This document shows, piece after piece, positions 51,582 through 62,724 of a stretch of DNA of 64,000 nucleotides; positions within the stretch are counted from its first letter, which is position 1; every line of letters starts with the position of its first letter. The notes beneath the pieces were generated by a model that worked only from the letters and a program-made list of their open reading frames with translations, was not told where the DNA came from and searched no databases. Position numbers and translations under genes: made by a program. The DNA comes from Macrostomum lignano (Eukaryota), in NCBI GenBank assembly GCA_002269645.1, contig NIVC01000168.1, positions 124,001-188,000 of the forward strand. Direction: 5' to 3'.

Positions 51582-53599
51582 GCCTACATGCGCTCACTCT
51601 ACTGCCGAGTCAGTTGCCCGGGAACTTCTGCGCTGAATCTTTCTGCTAGCCTCTCCGATGACGGTCGAGAGTTCAACTGTAGTATTCCGACGGGAACTCG
51701 ACTAACTTACGCCTCGAAGAGTTTACAGAATGTCACCTGTTCGGTGAGGTTCTACTGGACGACTGGCACTTCGTCTGGTGGACGGCGTCTGTTGGACTCG
51801 GACGGGCCAGCCGGGAGCCTGGTGCTGTACAAGTGTCAGGCCATGGCGGGATCCTGCGACGCCTGCGTTCTGACCGTTTCCCAACGATACGGCTGCGTCT
51901 GGTGCGGCGATTCGTGCGCCGTTGAGTCCAGCTGCTCAGCTAGTCGAGTGCCGCACGGCGGTCTCTGCGCCAATCCCCGGCTGCTGTCGGTCAGGCCGGC
52001 AAAACTGGCGCCCAGACCGGGGCTGAGACTTCGAGTCGACGGCGCCAATTTGGGCAACTCGCCTGACAGCTTGTCTGCTCGCCTGTTGGCCGACTCAGCG
52101 CCGGCTCTGGACTGTCGAATCGATTCGTTGAGTTATCGTCCTGGCCGAAGTTTTGTCTGTCACGTGGACGATACCGCACCGATGGAAGATGTTGGCGATT
52201 ATCGACTAGAAGTAAGCGTTCTGGGCCTGGCTAATGGCTCTACAGCGACAGCCGTTAGCGGCCCGCTGCCAGTCCGGCTGCCGTCAGTTGATTCGGTGAC
52301 GCCTGCGACGGTGCAACGCGGCGGTCGAGTTGTGGTGCGCCTTCGAGGAGCAAACCTGGATGCCGGATCCGACCTGTTTGTGTCCTGGCGTCTTGTAGCT
52401 GGGAACAACACCACTGAGCACGGTCTGGAGGTCAACTCTGCCGAGGTGCTTGAACGCTCACACGGCAGTATGACGGTAAAGTTGGCTACTTTCAATGCCA
52501 CAGGAACGTACCGTCCGGTACTATCCGTTCAAGGCTCGGTGGTTCAAAATCCGACCCTTGGAGCTGAGTTGCTCCTGCAAGTCATGCCGAATGCGAAGCT
52601 GGCAATTGCCTCGGACGAGCTGAGGTCGGCACTCATACCGTCTGGTGGGCTAGACTTTGTCATCTCCGGCCAAGGATTGTCTAATGTACGTCGGGCGGCG
52701 CTGCGATTTGTAGAACTGTCAAATGCAAGCAGTAGAACAGGAGACGCGCCTCTGACTCTGGAATCTCCTTGTCATCTGGTGATGCCGGACACGACTAGCG
52801 CGGATACCGAAAGATTAGTCTGTCCTAGTCCGAGGGTACCTATTTCGATTGCGAAAGAAGATCGGCGCCCAAGAAGGCAGCGCCGAAGCTTCATCGAAGG
52901 TTCACAGCCGGTTCGCAGATTCTCTGCAACGATACTGCTGGATGAGCTCAGCTATCCGTACTCGACTACTCTGACTCTGTTTCCCAATCCCATTATTGAG
53001 CCGCTCTCTTCTCGACCACCCGTGCTGCTGCAAAGCTCGTCCGATGCTCGACAGACTCGAAAGTTGCAGCTGTTTGGCCGAGGCCTCCTCCAGTCTGTTC
53101 GGCCAGCTGACATCCGCGTGACAGTTGGCTCGGCGCCGTGCCAAGGCGTCACCCAGGTGAGAAGTGCCGCCAGTGAACTGGAAGTTTTCACCTGCCAGTT
53201 CCGTCTGACGGAGAACGACCTCGGCCAGGCCCTCTCGGTTCGAGCTTCGATTGGACGGCTGAATTTCGAGCTCGGTTATCTCACCTTTGTGGTGGAGTTT
53301 CCCTGGAGTTACGTCTACGTGATCGCGGGCATAGGCTCGATGCTGCTAATTGCCGCGGCCATTGCTTGCTGCATTCACGCGCATCAACGGTCTCGAAAGC
53401 GCAGCGACAAGGTCAACGGCATCGAGGTTCATCTGAACAAACTCGAGGCCAAAGTGTCCAAGAGTTGTCGGGACGCGTTCGCCGAGCTGCAGCTGAATTC
53501 TAGTCCGGATTCCACGGAGGATTCCACGGCTCCGGCTCCGGTGCGAACCTACGGCCAGTTTGCTGCCTACTCCTGCTTTGCGGAGCGGTACAAAGAGCG
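51582..53599 (+). CDS. PLXN: Plexin exon 5 (PSI-3, IPT/TIG domains, transmembrane helix, juxtamembrane segment)
   Basis: ccgcag|GCC...CG|gtgagt, phase 0-2; LYKCQAMAGSCDAC...CVWC; TM YVYVIAGIGSMLLIAAAIACCI followed by basic residues; LEAKV...CRDAFAELQ juxtamembrane motif. Confidence 0.96.
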
Positions 53600-53699
53600 G
53601 TGAGTATACTTTGAGTTGGTCATTCTTCCTTTGTTATAAGGAGCCCCCTCGAGGCTCCTGGGCGCAAGAGTCAGTTTAAAGGCATTCTTCAGCAAGACA

Positions 53700-53950
53700 G
53701 GGGTTGTAGCCTAGTGGTTAGAACGTCGGGCTTACGACTGAGAGGTCGGGGGTTCGAATCTCGACCCAGTTGGAACAATTTGTGTTGCGTAACTCTGCAT
53801 TGCTTTAATTCATCCAGCTGTGGCGACCCCCAGTCCTTGGACTGAACAGCCGTATGCAGCCTTCAGATGCGCCGCGCAATAGCTGCCACTGAGCTATCGG
53901 TTGCACATCTGCACCTTAGGGCAGGTGTATTCAATTGTTTTTGTTATAGT
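53700..53950 (+). mobile_element. tRNA-derived SINE, family A
   Basis: A-box TAGCCTAGTGG (53707-53717), B-box GGTTCGAATC (53751-53760); cloverleaf stems do not pair well; tail shared with the truncated insertion at 28648. Confidence 0.75.
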
Positions 53951-54089
53951 GTTAACTCAACAATAGCAATGTATCTATTAATTTTTACGTAGCTCAGTCC
54001 TGTACAATTTAGGAGCTAACTTTTACTGAGCTGTGAGAGTCATAGCAAACTCCGACATTAGCCCCTCTCAACCCATCTTTAATCTCCAG

Positions 54090-54624
54090 ATTTATCGCCA
54101 ATGACTGTTTATTTGCCGACGTAGCAACAGAGGAGGCAGCCAACGGGCACGATTCTGCAGAGGTGCGCAAAGCTTTGGGCCAACTGCGCCACCTGCTGCT
54201 CAATGAGGACTTCCTTCTGACTCTGATTGCAGCGTTGGAGTCGCGGACCGACAGTTTTATGCACCAGGAGCGTAACCACTTCGGCTCGCTAGTGTCTGCC
54301 CTGCTATTCTCCGATCCGACTTATTTCACCCGCATTCTGACCGCCCTAATTCGCCAGCTTATTGAACGAAAACGCGACGCTCACGACAACTGCAAGGTGA
54401 CATTTCGTCGCTGCGATTCGGTTGCCGAGCGGTTGCTACCCAATTGGTTGGCATTTCTAATGTATGACCATCTGGCTAGCAGGGTAGCGGAGCCACTGTA
54501 CAGACTTAGCCGGGAAATGCGGCTGCAAATCTACCGAGGTCCAGTGGACCAGGTGACTGAGGACTCGAGGTACACTATCAATGAGCAGAAACTGCTTAAG
54601 AAGGAGATCACGTTTCGTCCGATG
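54090..54624 (+). CDS. PLXN: Plexin exon 6 (RasGAP segment 1)
   Basis: ctccag|A...ATG|gttagt, phase 2-0; FRRCDSVAERLLPNW and IYRGPVDQVTEDSRYTINEQKLL match LRRTESVAEKMLTNW and I.KGP.D.IT.EARYSL.E.KL. Confidence 0.96.
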
Positions 54625-54716
54625 GTTAGTTTTACAACGTTGAATTCTCATCAAGTATATCATGTAAATCTTCACATATTTCTACTGAAAGTAAGCATCT
54701 GTGCACATCATTCCAG

Positions 54717-54957
54717 ATATTGGTTTTCTACGACCGATTTGGGCAGTTTGGCAACGGTGCGGAGCCTCTACAATGCAAAGTGTCTGTACTCGACTGCGAC
54801 ACCGTGCGTCAGGCTAAAGAGAAAATTCTGGACGCAGTCTACTCGCGATTGCGCGTCCCCGCCTCGAGACGACTGCCAGCCAGCCGTTTCGACCTGATCC
54901 GGTTTGGTACTCCGCCAACCGTAGCGGCGGTTGAGCCGACCGCGTCTGGCGAACGCG
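54717..54957 (+). CDS. PLXN: Plexin exon 7 (Rho-binding domain)
   Basis: ttccag|ATA...G|gtgagt, phase 0-1; VLDCDTVRQAKEKILDAVY is the plexin RBD signature. Confidence 0.96.
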
Positions 54958-55052
54958 GTGAGTGATGTTGCATTGTTGGCAGTCTGCTATAATCTGCTTG
55001 CTGTGGTAGAAATCTCCCTAAAAGTGTTTTATTTGTTGTCAAAATACCCAAG

Positions 55053-55277
55053 GCATCCAAGTTCTACAAGAAATGGACGATATTGACGTTGGTGGCAGCA
55101 GCGATGGAATGCAGCGACTGCGTCGTATGAGTTGCTTAAACCTGATCGACCCCGATGCCTCGACTAATAACAACGGCGGCGGCAATGCGGCTGGCTGCGG
55201 GCCGTTCTGGGTGTACCTCAGGCCGAGGAAAAACGCCGGCAATTCAATCGAGTCAACTCGGCGCGGGCTCTGCAAAG
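55053..55277 (+). CDS. PLXN: Plexin exon 8 (RBD C-terminal part); alternative in-frame donor after 55289
   Basis: cccaag|GC..., phase 1-1; LQEMDD...GMQRLRRM resembles LQDED...WKRLNTL. Donor is gtgcgt at 55278 or gtgagc at 55290. Confidence 0.8.
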
Positions 55278-55666
55278 GTGCGTCTTACGGTGAGCATCGG
55301 AGCCAAAGCTGATGACTAGTCAGTTGACTTTTTTAAATAGTTCAAGCGTACAATGACGTATTCATCAATCTAGGTGAGGGTTTACACGGCAACGCATATC
55401 ATCGAAGGTCCTCACTACGTACTAAGTAACATAAAAACTCAAACAGGGTGTACAACGATTCTGACTCTCGGATCGTTTAAAGAATTTACTACACGCTCTG
55501 TGCCGATTGGGATTTGACCTTCATTTGACCCTCGAAAGTGTGCACGAAGGTCGGACGCGATTACACGGGGCAACTTTTGCTTTTTTCAACCCTCTCCCCC
55601 TTAGCTAGCCATAAAGTTGAGTCTGTCTGCGAATTCTGATCTATATTTTTCCTCTTGCCCATTCAG

Positions 55667-55935
55667 CCGACATTGGCAGCCTGCCAGGCGGCGTCAGCTC
55701 CAAGTCGCTGCAGGACATGAAACATATCAGCAGCTCGTACTCGCGGTTGTCCACGTCAGCACCGAGGCAGTACCACCTCATCCAGCCCAGCGGACCGGCA
55801 TCGCACACGCTCGACCGTGGCACGAAGAAGCGCCGTCACGGTGGACGAGCAAAGAAAGGCGACGCTGATGGAGGCGAAGCTGACAACGAGCAAATTGTGT
55901 CGGAAGTTCTTTACCCGATATTGCTAAGTACAAAG
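55667..55935 (+). CDS. PLXN: Plexin exon 9
   Basis: attcag|CC...AAG|gtaagt, phase 1-0; YHLIQP...IVSEVLYPILLSTK resembles WHLVK...MVSEIYLTRLL.TK. Confidence 0.92.
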
Positions 55936-56139
55936 GTAAGTTGCTTTGGTCACTTTGGCTTGTGAATTAGTCAAATTAGATGTAGAACTAAAAAGGAGGG
56001 AATCCCACGACAAATATTTTTGCTACACCGGAACGGAGCAAAGCAGAACAGGACTAAATTTTGTTGCTCAACTTCTGAAACAAGAATGAAGACACCAGCT
56101 CTAGACCGCCGAGTTATCCTGATATTAAAATCTGAATTT

Positions 56140-56368
56140 CCCCTGAGCAGGCACACAAGCGCGCGGATACGTACGCAGTCATACGCACAGGCACACACTC
56201 ACACAGGAGTGTACAGCGGCCCTAACTTTATATTATCGTTAGGCATGTACACTTCACTGTGCCTTGGGGGTTGGCTCCTCAAGGCCGTTAATTGCACGAG
56301 CAGAGCCAAGCCGAGATTCCAATTTAGCCCCAAATTAATGTGACTGCACTTGGAATCGAGTCTGGCCC
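56140..56368 (-). mobile_element. SINE family B, 5' half in inverted orientation
   Basis: Reverse complement matches 17760-17979 and ends at ...CTGCTCAGGGG. Confidence 0.88.
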
Positions 56369-56956
56369 CAAGTTTAGCTTAATCTTGAGAAATCGGCAAC
56401 TCACGTTAGAAAATGGTCAATTACTCCCTTTCTCCGCAGTATTAAAAATTCCCTTACTAATACTGCCTGTGTAAGACATGTTATATTTTGTTAGGTCTTA
56501 CTTAAATTTTATAGTAGGAGTACAAAGCCCTTTTAATTCCGCCCATCGAACTACTAAAGGGGGATACCCCCTGACATTCTTTTGCTGTGCTGGAACGGAG
56601 CAACGCAGGCGGCACCCGTAATTCAAGAACATGGGCCAAGTGTTTGTTGTTGAGAAATGCTTGAAAGACTAGCTGAGGACGTCCAGCAGTTGAGGCTTGA
56701 TTAGCGAAACTAGAGTTCGCAAAGCGGTGTCCATAGCCACATCGTGTCACCTGTACGAGTAGAATGTCCAAAGCTCGGCCTGAGTGAAGGCAAGTGACCA
56801 ACGAAGTCAGAGCTGATGCAGACGCATGTGTTCGACGTACTGCTGAAATTTGGAGCTTGGCAAGGCAAACTGAGGCGCAGTGCTCATTGGAGCACAGGGA
56901 TGTATTGATGCATTAGCGTTAGCGTCTCATGATGTATGATGCATTAGCGTCTATGA

Positions 56957-57036
56957 GAGTCGGCGGAATGGGCAGCAATGCCTCTCGCCGGTTGTGTGAC
57001 AATGTCACTTGAAGCCCCTCTGCTTTTAATTAAAAA
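56957..57036 (+). mobile_element. SINE family B, 3' half
   Basis: GAGTCGGCGGAATGGGCAG...TTAAAAA matches the family 3' end. Confidence 0.85.
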
Positions 57037-57062
57037 CTCCATTCCACCAACTAAATCTACAG

Positions 57063-57781
57063 AAAAATCTAGTCAACAAGATCACAGATCTGTTTGCGGC
57101 TCTGTTCCCAACTGATCAAGAGTTGCAACAGCAGCTGAAACAGTTGAAGCGACAATCAACTGTGGTGTCGGTCGAGCAGGACCAGCAGCTACAGCAGCAA
57201 CAGCACCAGCAGCAGGTGGACGTTCCGCAGTGTCTAATATACCTGTTCGACCTCCTCGACCAGCTTGCTAAAAAGAGCGCGGCGAGAAAGCCCCAGATGT
57301 CGCTCACGTGTGGAAGTCCAACGCTCTGATGCTTCGTTTCTACACGCATCATTTGTTGAACGTTGAATACCTGCTAGACGTGGAGGTTCCCGGTCCAGTT
57401 CGCTACTGCATGAGCACAGTCTCGACACTGTTCATGGACGCCTGCAGTGCGGAGCAGCCGAAGAAGCCCGACAAGACGTCCACTGCTCAGCGATTGTTGT
57501 TCTACAGCGAAATCGCTTCCTTGCACCAGCGAGTCAATGCCTATTACGCATTGTTGAGAAAGCGCTCTTTGACCTGCGAGTCAGGTGGTAACGACGATTC
57601 GTCTCTGACAGCGGCGTCATTGGCCCAGTCGACTTCGCAGTCGCAGTATCATCAACAGCAACAACAGCAGTCACCACCGCCGCCGCCTCTGCCGCCGCCT
57701 CCGCGCGAGTGTCGACCATTCAATGCTGGACCGCTGCTTAAAGAGCTGTTCGTCTGCTTTGTTTTCAAGTACTTCGACGAC
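57063..57781 (+). CDS. PLXN: Plexin exon 10 (RasGAP segment 2), containing a one-base frameshift at about 57270-57274
   Basis: ctacag|AAA...GAC|gtgagt. YLFDLLDQLA is in one frame; APDVAHVWKSNALMLRFY...FMDACS is in the -1 frame (cf. YMFDFLDEQA...HTWKSN.LPLRFW...FMDSCS). Confidence 0.9.
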
Positions 57782-58137
57782 GTGAGTTCTAATCGCTCTT
57801 GAGTATTTAAATTCTTTTATTTCATGCTAAGATAAAAAGAAACGGACATCCATCGATAAAATCCTACAGGAAAATGATAGTTGAGCTATTAGTGACTATA
57901 CAAAGTCAAAACCTACACGTTTAGTTCATTCAAAAACTTATATTTCTTCCTTTGTTGTTCCCCAACGGAAGGGCGCAGATTGCTAGTCTAAATACTAAAA
58001 AGCATCTTTAGTAACTTTGATTAATAAGCTTTAACAGACACCAACTAATGGTCGAAATTATATTATTGTTTGTTACCCATGTCAAGCAGATACTTTTAGA
58101 ATAAACTTATCATAACCCATCACATTTACACGCGCAG

Positions 58138-58362
58138 GTCGTTCGACATCTGCAACAGCAGCGTGTGTCTCAGAGCCTGATAGCCAATCTGCAGTCTGTA
58201 GCTCATGTGCTCAGTAGTGAGTCACCCCAACAACAACAACAACAACAGCAGCAACATCAGCAGAATCAGCAGCACCACACCCTGAGCTCTTCTGGTAGTC
58301 GTGATCGCAAAAAGAGATCAAACTCGCGACCTGCGCTAGACTCGAACGCCTATGATTTCTAG
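58138..58362 (+). CDS. PLXN: Plexin terminal exon (VVRHLQQQRVSQSLIANLQSVAHVLSSESPQQQ...NAYDF*)
   Basis: cgcgcag|GTC, phase 0, TAG stop; plausible terminal helices plus low-complexity tail. Confidence 0.8.
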   Translation, partial: VVRHLQQQRVSQSLIANLQSVAHVLSSESPQQQQQQQQQHQQNQQHHTLSSSGSRDRKKRSNSRPALDSNAYDF

Positions 58363-58659
58363 AGACTTAAGGGGGAAGGCTGCCTTAAAAGTTGTTGTGC
58401 ATGAAAAATCTTGTCAAATTCATACAAAACCTCACTCTATTCTCCACTGTTTGAGCAGACCTGCAGATTATTCAGTGCAATGCAATTATTATACATGTAT
58501 CATTTCATATTTGATATTACGATTCTGATCAATCTGTGTTGGTATGTTAAAGTGTACGGGATTTCCCCGTTAAAAAACCTGTTCAATGTTTCAACGAGCA
58601 AGATTTGGTTTGTAGAGCATTTAATTTAGCAAAGGATATTTAACCGTTTTAACTTACAC

Positions 58660-58960
58660 TTGACAGGAATAACAGCCTTACAGCATCAACAACCTCGTGG
58701 AATCAAGAACTCTACGGAATCACCACTCACAACTACATGTAACGAACAGCCCACAAGGAACCGACCTCTTCACAGAGCCCACTTGTGGGAGCAAACAACC
58801 CACAAGGAACCAATGACCCCACGGAGCCTCACAGCCCTACACTGAATCAACAAACCACAAGGAACCAAGCGACCCAGAGGAATCCACAACTTCACGAAAA
58901 CCGAAAACCACAGTCCCACGGAATCAACAACCCCACATCGCCTCAATAACAGCCTACGAG
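58660..58960. repeat. Degenerate AC-rich repeat (CCACAAGGAACC / CACGGAATC)
   Basis: Several imperfect copies. Confidence 0.55.
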
Positions 58961-60229
58961 TATAGTAGCTAAATGGCTAGATTCCAAGTCCGTTAAAATT
59001 GGCACAAAAATATCTATTTTCTATCAATACAGGTGTAAAATCATCTTTATCTCGCTTATGCAATATGCAAAAAACACGTTCAAAATATCAGTTTGCTGCC
59101 TCAATTGAAAAAAATTGCTACAGCAGAAGTCGCTTCGCAAAGTTATGCTTCCGCAATATTAACAAGCCGCTTACTAAATATTATTGCTACTATAATAAAT
59201 TATTGTAAAAGTGAGCATCGGATGTCTTTTGTGGCTTTTTTATCGCTTTCTGCAAGTGCATATATATTGTAAATTTTTTACAGCACATTGCAGTACATGC
59301 CGATCCTCTTTGTATTCTTTTTCCATGTGCAAACACATATTTGTATTTATTCTTTTCAACGCTTTCATGCTTTACAAGCGTAGTTAGTTAGAAGCCAAAC
59401 TATAATGCTCCTAAATCGATTGATTCGAATTTGTTTTACGAAATTGTAAAATAAAAAGCGTAAAATAACAAGCACATGTTGCTATTTACAGTATTAAAAA
59501 ACAAGATTGCCTCATGGAAGTGTTTTACTTTTATTTAGTCTAGAGTATATTGGTCGCTTTATTTTTGTGTCATGTACATTTAAATCAATTTTGCCGACGA
59601 AGCAAGATCGAGGTCGTCTGGACCGGCGGGGCGATGCAGTACGTGCCTCATTGGTGACTCGCTCGACAGCGTGTTGCTCGGGCGAGATTGTCAGAGTCCG
59701 GGTCTTGGCTTTTGACTACAGGACTGCCCTCACAGAACGAAACGCAGCCCAGGCAAGCCTGCCGTGCTACCGCAGATCCTCGCGGACGCTGGGAACCAAA
59801 CTGCCAAGGTTAGATGAACTGCTGACAACGCGAAAGAGGCTGAGAACCCTGAGAATTTAGAATGCATATTGAAAACGGATGACTGCAGGAGGATATTGAT
59901 CAATGAAGTTGCGAGTAAAAGTACGTAAATGTAGTAAGAACGAATTAATGCGATTACGGAGGTTGTAAAATTGGCATGAAAAATGTTATTGCAGCATGCT
60001 TCGAGTTCTTTAATTTTACAGTTTTTCTAATTTTCACTATACAGAATTGATTTGACCATCTGAAACACAGGAAAGATTCACGTAAACCAAAGCCGTTTGC
60101 GTCTGTAGTAGACGTAATAAAATATCAGCCAAAGAAGATTATAGAACAATTAAGATTTTTTTCTAGCCTGCCGAGACTATAAAGAAATATTTAGCATTTT
60201 TCGGGCGAACAACTCATTTTAGTCTACAG

Positions 60230-60319
60230 GCTGGGAATGGCACAGTACGGGTCGCAGCAGATGAAAGTCGGAGCAAAAATCTGCCCTTGCGCTCTGCAGC
60301 CCCACTGAGCTGGTTGACA
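60230..60319 (+). other. Candidate upstream exon (5' UTR or coding) of the LRR gene
   Basis: ctacag|GCT...ACA|gtgagc, 90 nt, open in frame with the strong acceptor at 60791. Confidence 0.35.
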
Positions 60320-60821
60320 GTGAGCACTATACTGTGGGCACATGATTGAGCAGTATATTTTCTTAGACTATTTTGCTTACGTCTCTTTCTCTCTTTGCCT
60401 GCTCATTTTTTCCTGCCTCTGCAGTCTTTTAAAAGCGTCCATAAACATAGGCGATGCATAATACACTGCAGAAAAATGTTTTTAAGGTGCGCGCGGCATC
60501 TAAGCACGGTTGTAGAAATTACAATAATAGACTTCTATTTGCCGCGTTGTTGGTAACTACTTCAACACTGTTTACGTACATATACGCAGCATATATTTAA
60601 TTCCAGAGAGGATTCTGTAAAATATCAATCTAAGTTGGTAAGTTTTTACTTGAACGCTGCATCTATTTAATATACGCTGTCGTATTTGAATTAGGCCAGA
60701 AAGACAAAATCGACTATAAGATTACCGACAGCCGTAAAGCTTGCCAATCAACAAATTCATACGCAAACTCGTCTCGTCTCCCTCTTTGCAGACCTTTAAA
60801 GCGCGCGATAGAACGCTTGCA

Positions 60822-62162
60822 ATGTCCAATCAGCCAGAGAAGCAGTCGGGTGAGCTCAGGCGAGCCGGCAGTCAAATCCCATCGCAGGCCACGGCCTCGG
60901 CAGCTGCAGCGGCAGTCGCCGCACCGACATTCTTCAGCAGGACCAGCACCTTTTCGAAAACTTTGACAGAGCGCGAGAAAACTATCGTGACAGAAATGTT
61001 CGATAGTCGACAAAGAAACGCTACAAGAACTATGCTTGACAATCTGATCGAGAAAAGGCCAGAAGATGAGGATGCCAACGAGCAAGAGGAGGAGCCTGGA
61101 AGCGAAGAGGTCGCGGGGACGAAGACGGAGGCTCAACCTCAAGGCGAGAAGGCGACAGCGGAGGTGGACGTTGAAAAACGACGTCGTAAAAAGCGTCGCC
61201 GTCTTAAGCCAGGAGAATTCGATTTCTCAGACGTGACAGATTCGCGAAATCTGACGCAACTGACGCAGCTACGGTTGCGACCGCACGAACTTCAGGGCTC
61301 TTGGTCGCAAAAGCTGTACAGTCTGGTGTGTCGACGCCTGTCCCTAGCGCCGCGACAGTACATTCGGGACACCCTAGCCAAGGCTAAGCTCGTCTTGGCT
61401 AATAAATTCTCCCAAAGTGAGGAGATCCTATCCGTGGCCGTCAGCATGACGGACAATCGGACCCTCACCTGCGTTGAAATAGTGGACAACAAGCTGGATA
61501 CAAAGAGCATCGCGTACTTGTGCCACGCCGTATGGGAGTGCGCCAGCATCAACAGCTTCACTCTGGCTGGCAATGAGTTCACAGACGAAGGCCTGTCAAT
61601 CGTGATCGAATTACTGGTTGCAACCCGGCACCTGCATACGGTATCGCTGAGGGACAATCGAATCCGCGACGTGCACGGTCCGAAAATTGCGGAGCTACTT
61701 GAGCAAAACCGTAGCATCACCAATCTGGACTTAAGCTACAACCAGCTCGGAGACACGGCTGCGCAGTACATCGGCCCGGCTTTGGCTGAGAACGACCGAG
61801 TTCGACACCTGAACCTCAACTGGAACTGCTTCAGGTCCGTTGGCGTTCGTCTGCTTACCAGAAACCTAAACGAGAACATTGCCCTGCGGGAATTGACCCT
61901 GAAAATGAACGGCTTGGGCATCGAGGGTGCCGGCTACGTGGCAAATACCTGGCAACTAACGAGACTCTGTTTAGCATCGATTTGAGCAGCAATCGAATTG
62001 GCGACTTTGGCTTCGAGCTGATCTCGAAAATGGTCGCTAAGAACTACTCACTGAAGGAGATTAAAATTGGTCATAACACTGTCAGCACTTCCGGTGTTTA
62101 CAAAGTGCTTGAGGCTTTCCATAGGAACAAGGATTCTGATCTCAGGATTTTGGACTTTGAAG
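60822..62162 (+). CDS. LRRC74: LRRC74-like RNI-type leucine-rich-repeat protein, main exon; one-base frameshift at about 61943-61949
   Basis: First ATG after acceptor 60791. Repeats such as LDLSYNQLGDTAA, LNLNWNCFRSVG and LTLKMNGLGIEGA continue in the -1 frame as LATNETLFSIDLSSNRIGDFG. Confidence 0.78.
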
Positions 62163-62496
62163 GCAAGTACATGCACAGTAGTTTTACAGTGTACTTTCGG
62201 TTTGTTTGCACTTCTGAAAGAAGTACCTGCTGAGTTTAATACCTTTGAATCTACTCGTCAAGATTTGACTTGTTATCCAGAATTTCCCGCTAAAATTTGC
62301 AAAGTTTACACATATGATTTTAGGCAATCATTTCGCTCATAAGCAGGAAAGTATTAATGAGAATGAAATTTTTGTCTTAAAATATTTAAGTGCAAAATCT
62401 AGGGGCGTAGCCAGGTAAAAATATAATGGGGCGCCCTCAGCCCCTTAAGCAACTGGAAAAGGTATACATGGTGCTTCTAACAGTAACTTGAACGAT

Positions 62497-62601
62497 CCTG
62501 GTGCTAAAGCCCCTGGTGCTGGCGCCCATGGTGCTAAAGCCCCTGGTGCTAAAGACCCTGTGCTAAAGCCCTTGTCTGCTAAAGCCCTGGCGCTGGCGCC
62601 C
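62497..62601. repeat. 15-bp CCCCTGGTGCTAAAG minisatellite, locus 4
   Basis: Read directly. Confidence 0.9.
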
Positions 62602-62724
62602 AGAAAAAATGAACCCCTCTGCAACCCTCCTTATAATAATTAGTTATATTGTACAGAAACGGCTACGTGCCTTTGAGAAAAGTACACCCTTCAAAGCCTC
62701 AATGTACATGCTTGCCAACTGCAG

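Noticed and set aside
53700-53771. Functional tRNA-Val(TAC) gene
   Set aside because: Acceptor and T stems do not pair, and the sequence continues into a retro-element tail.
60741-60821. TTG-initiated N-terminal extension of the LRR ORF
   Set aside because: It crosses a strong pyrimidine tract and acceptor (60791); eukaryotic context favours splicing and the ATG at 60822.
62400-62420. AGGGGCGTAGCCAGG as a MITE left end
   Set aside because: No matching inverted end or TSD found.
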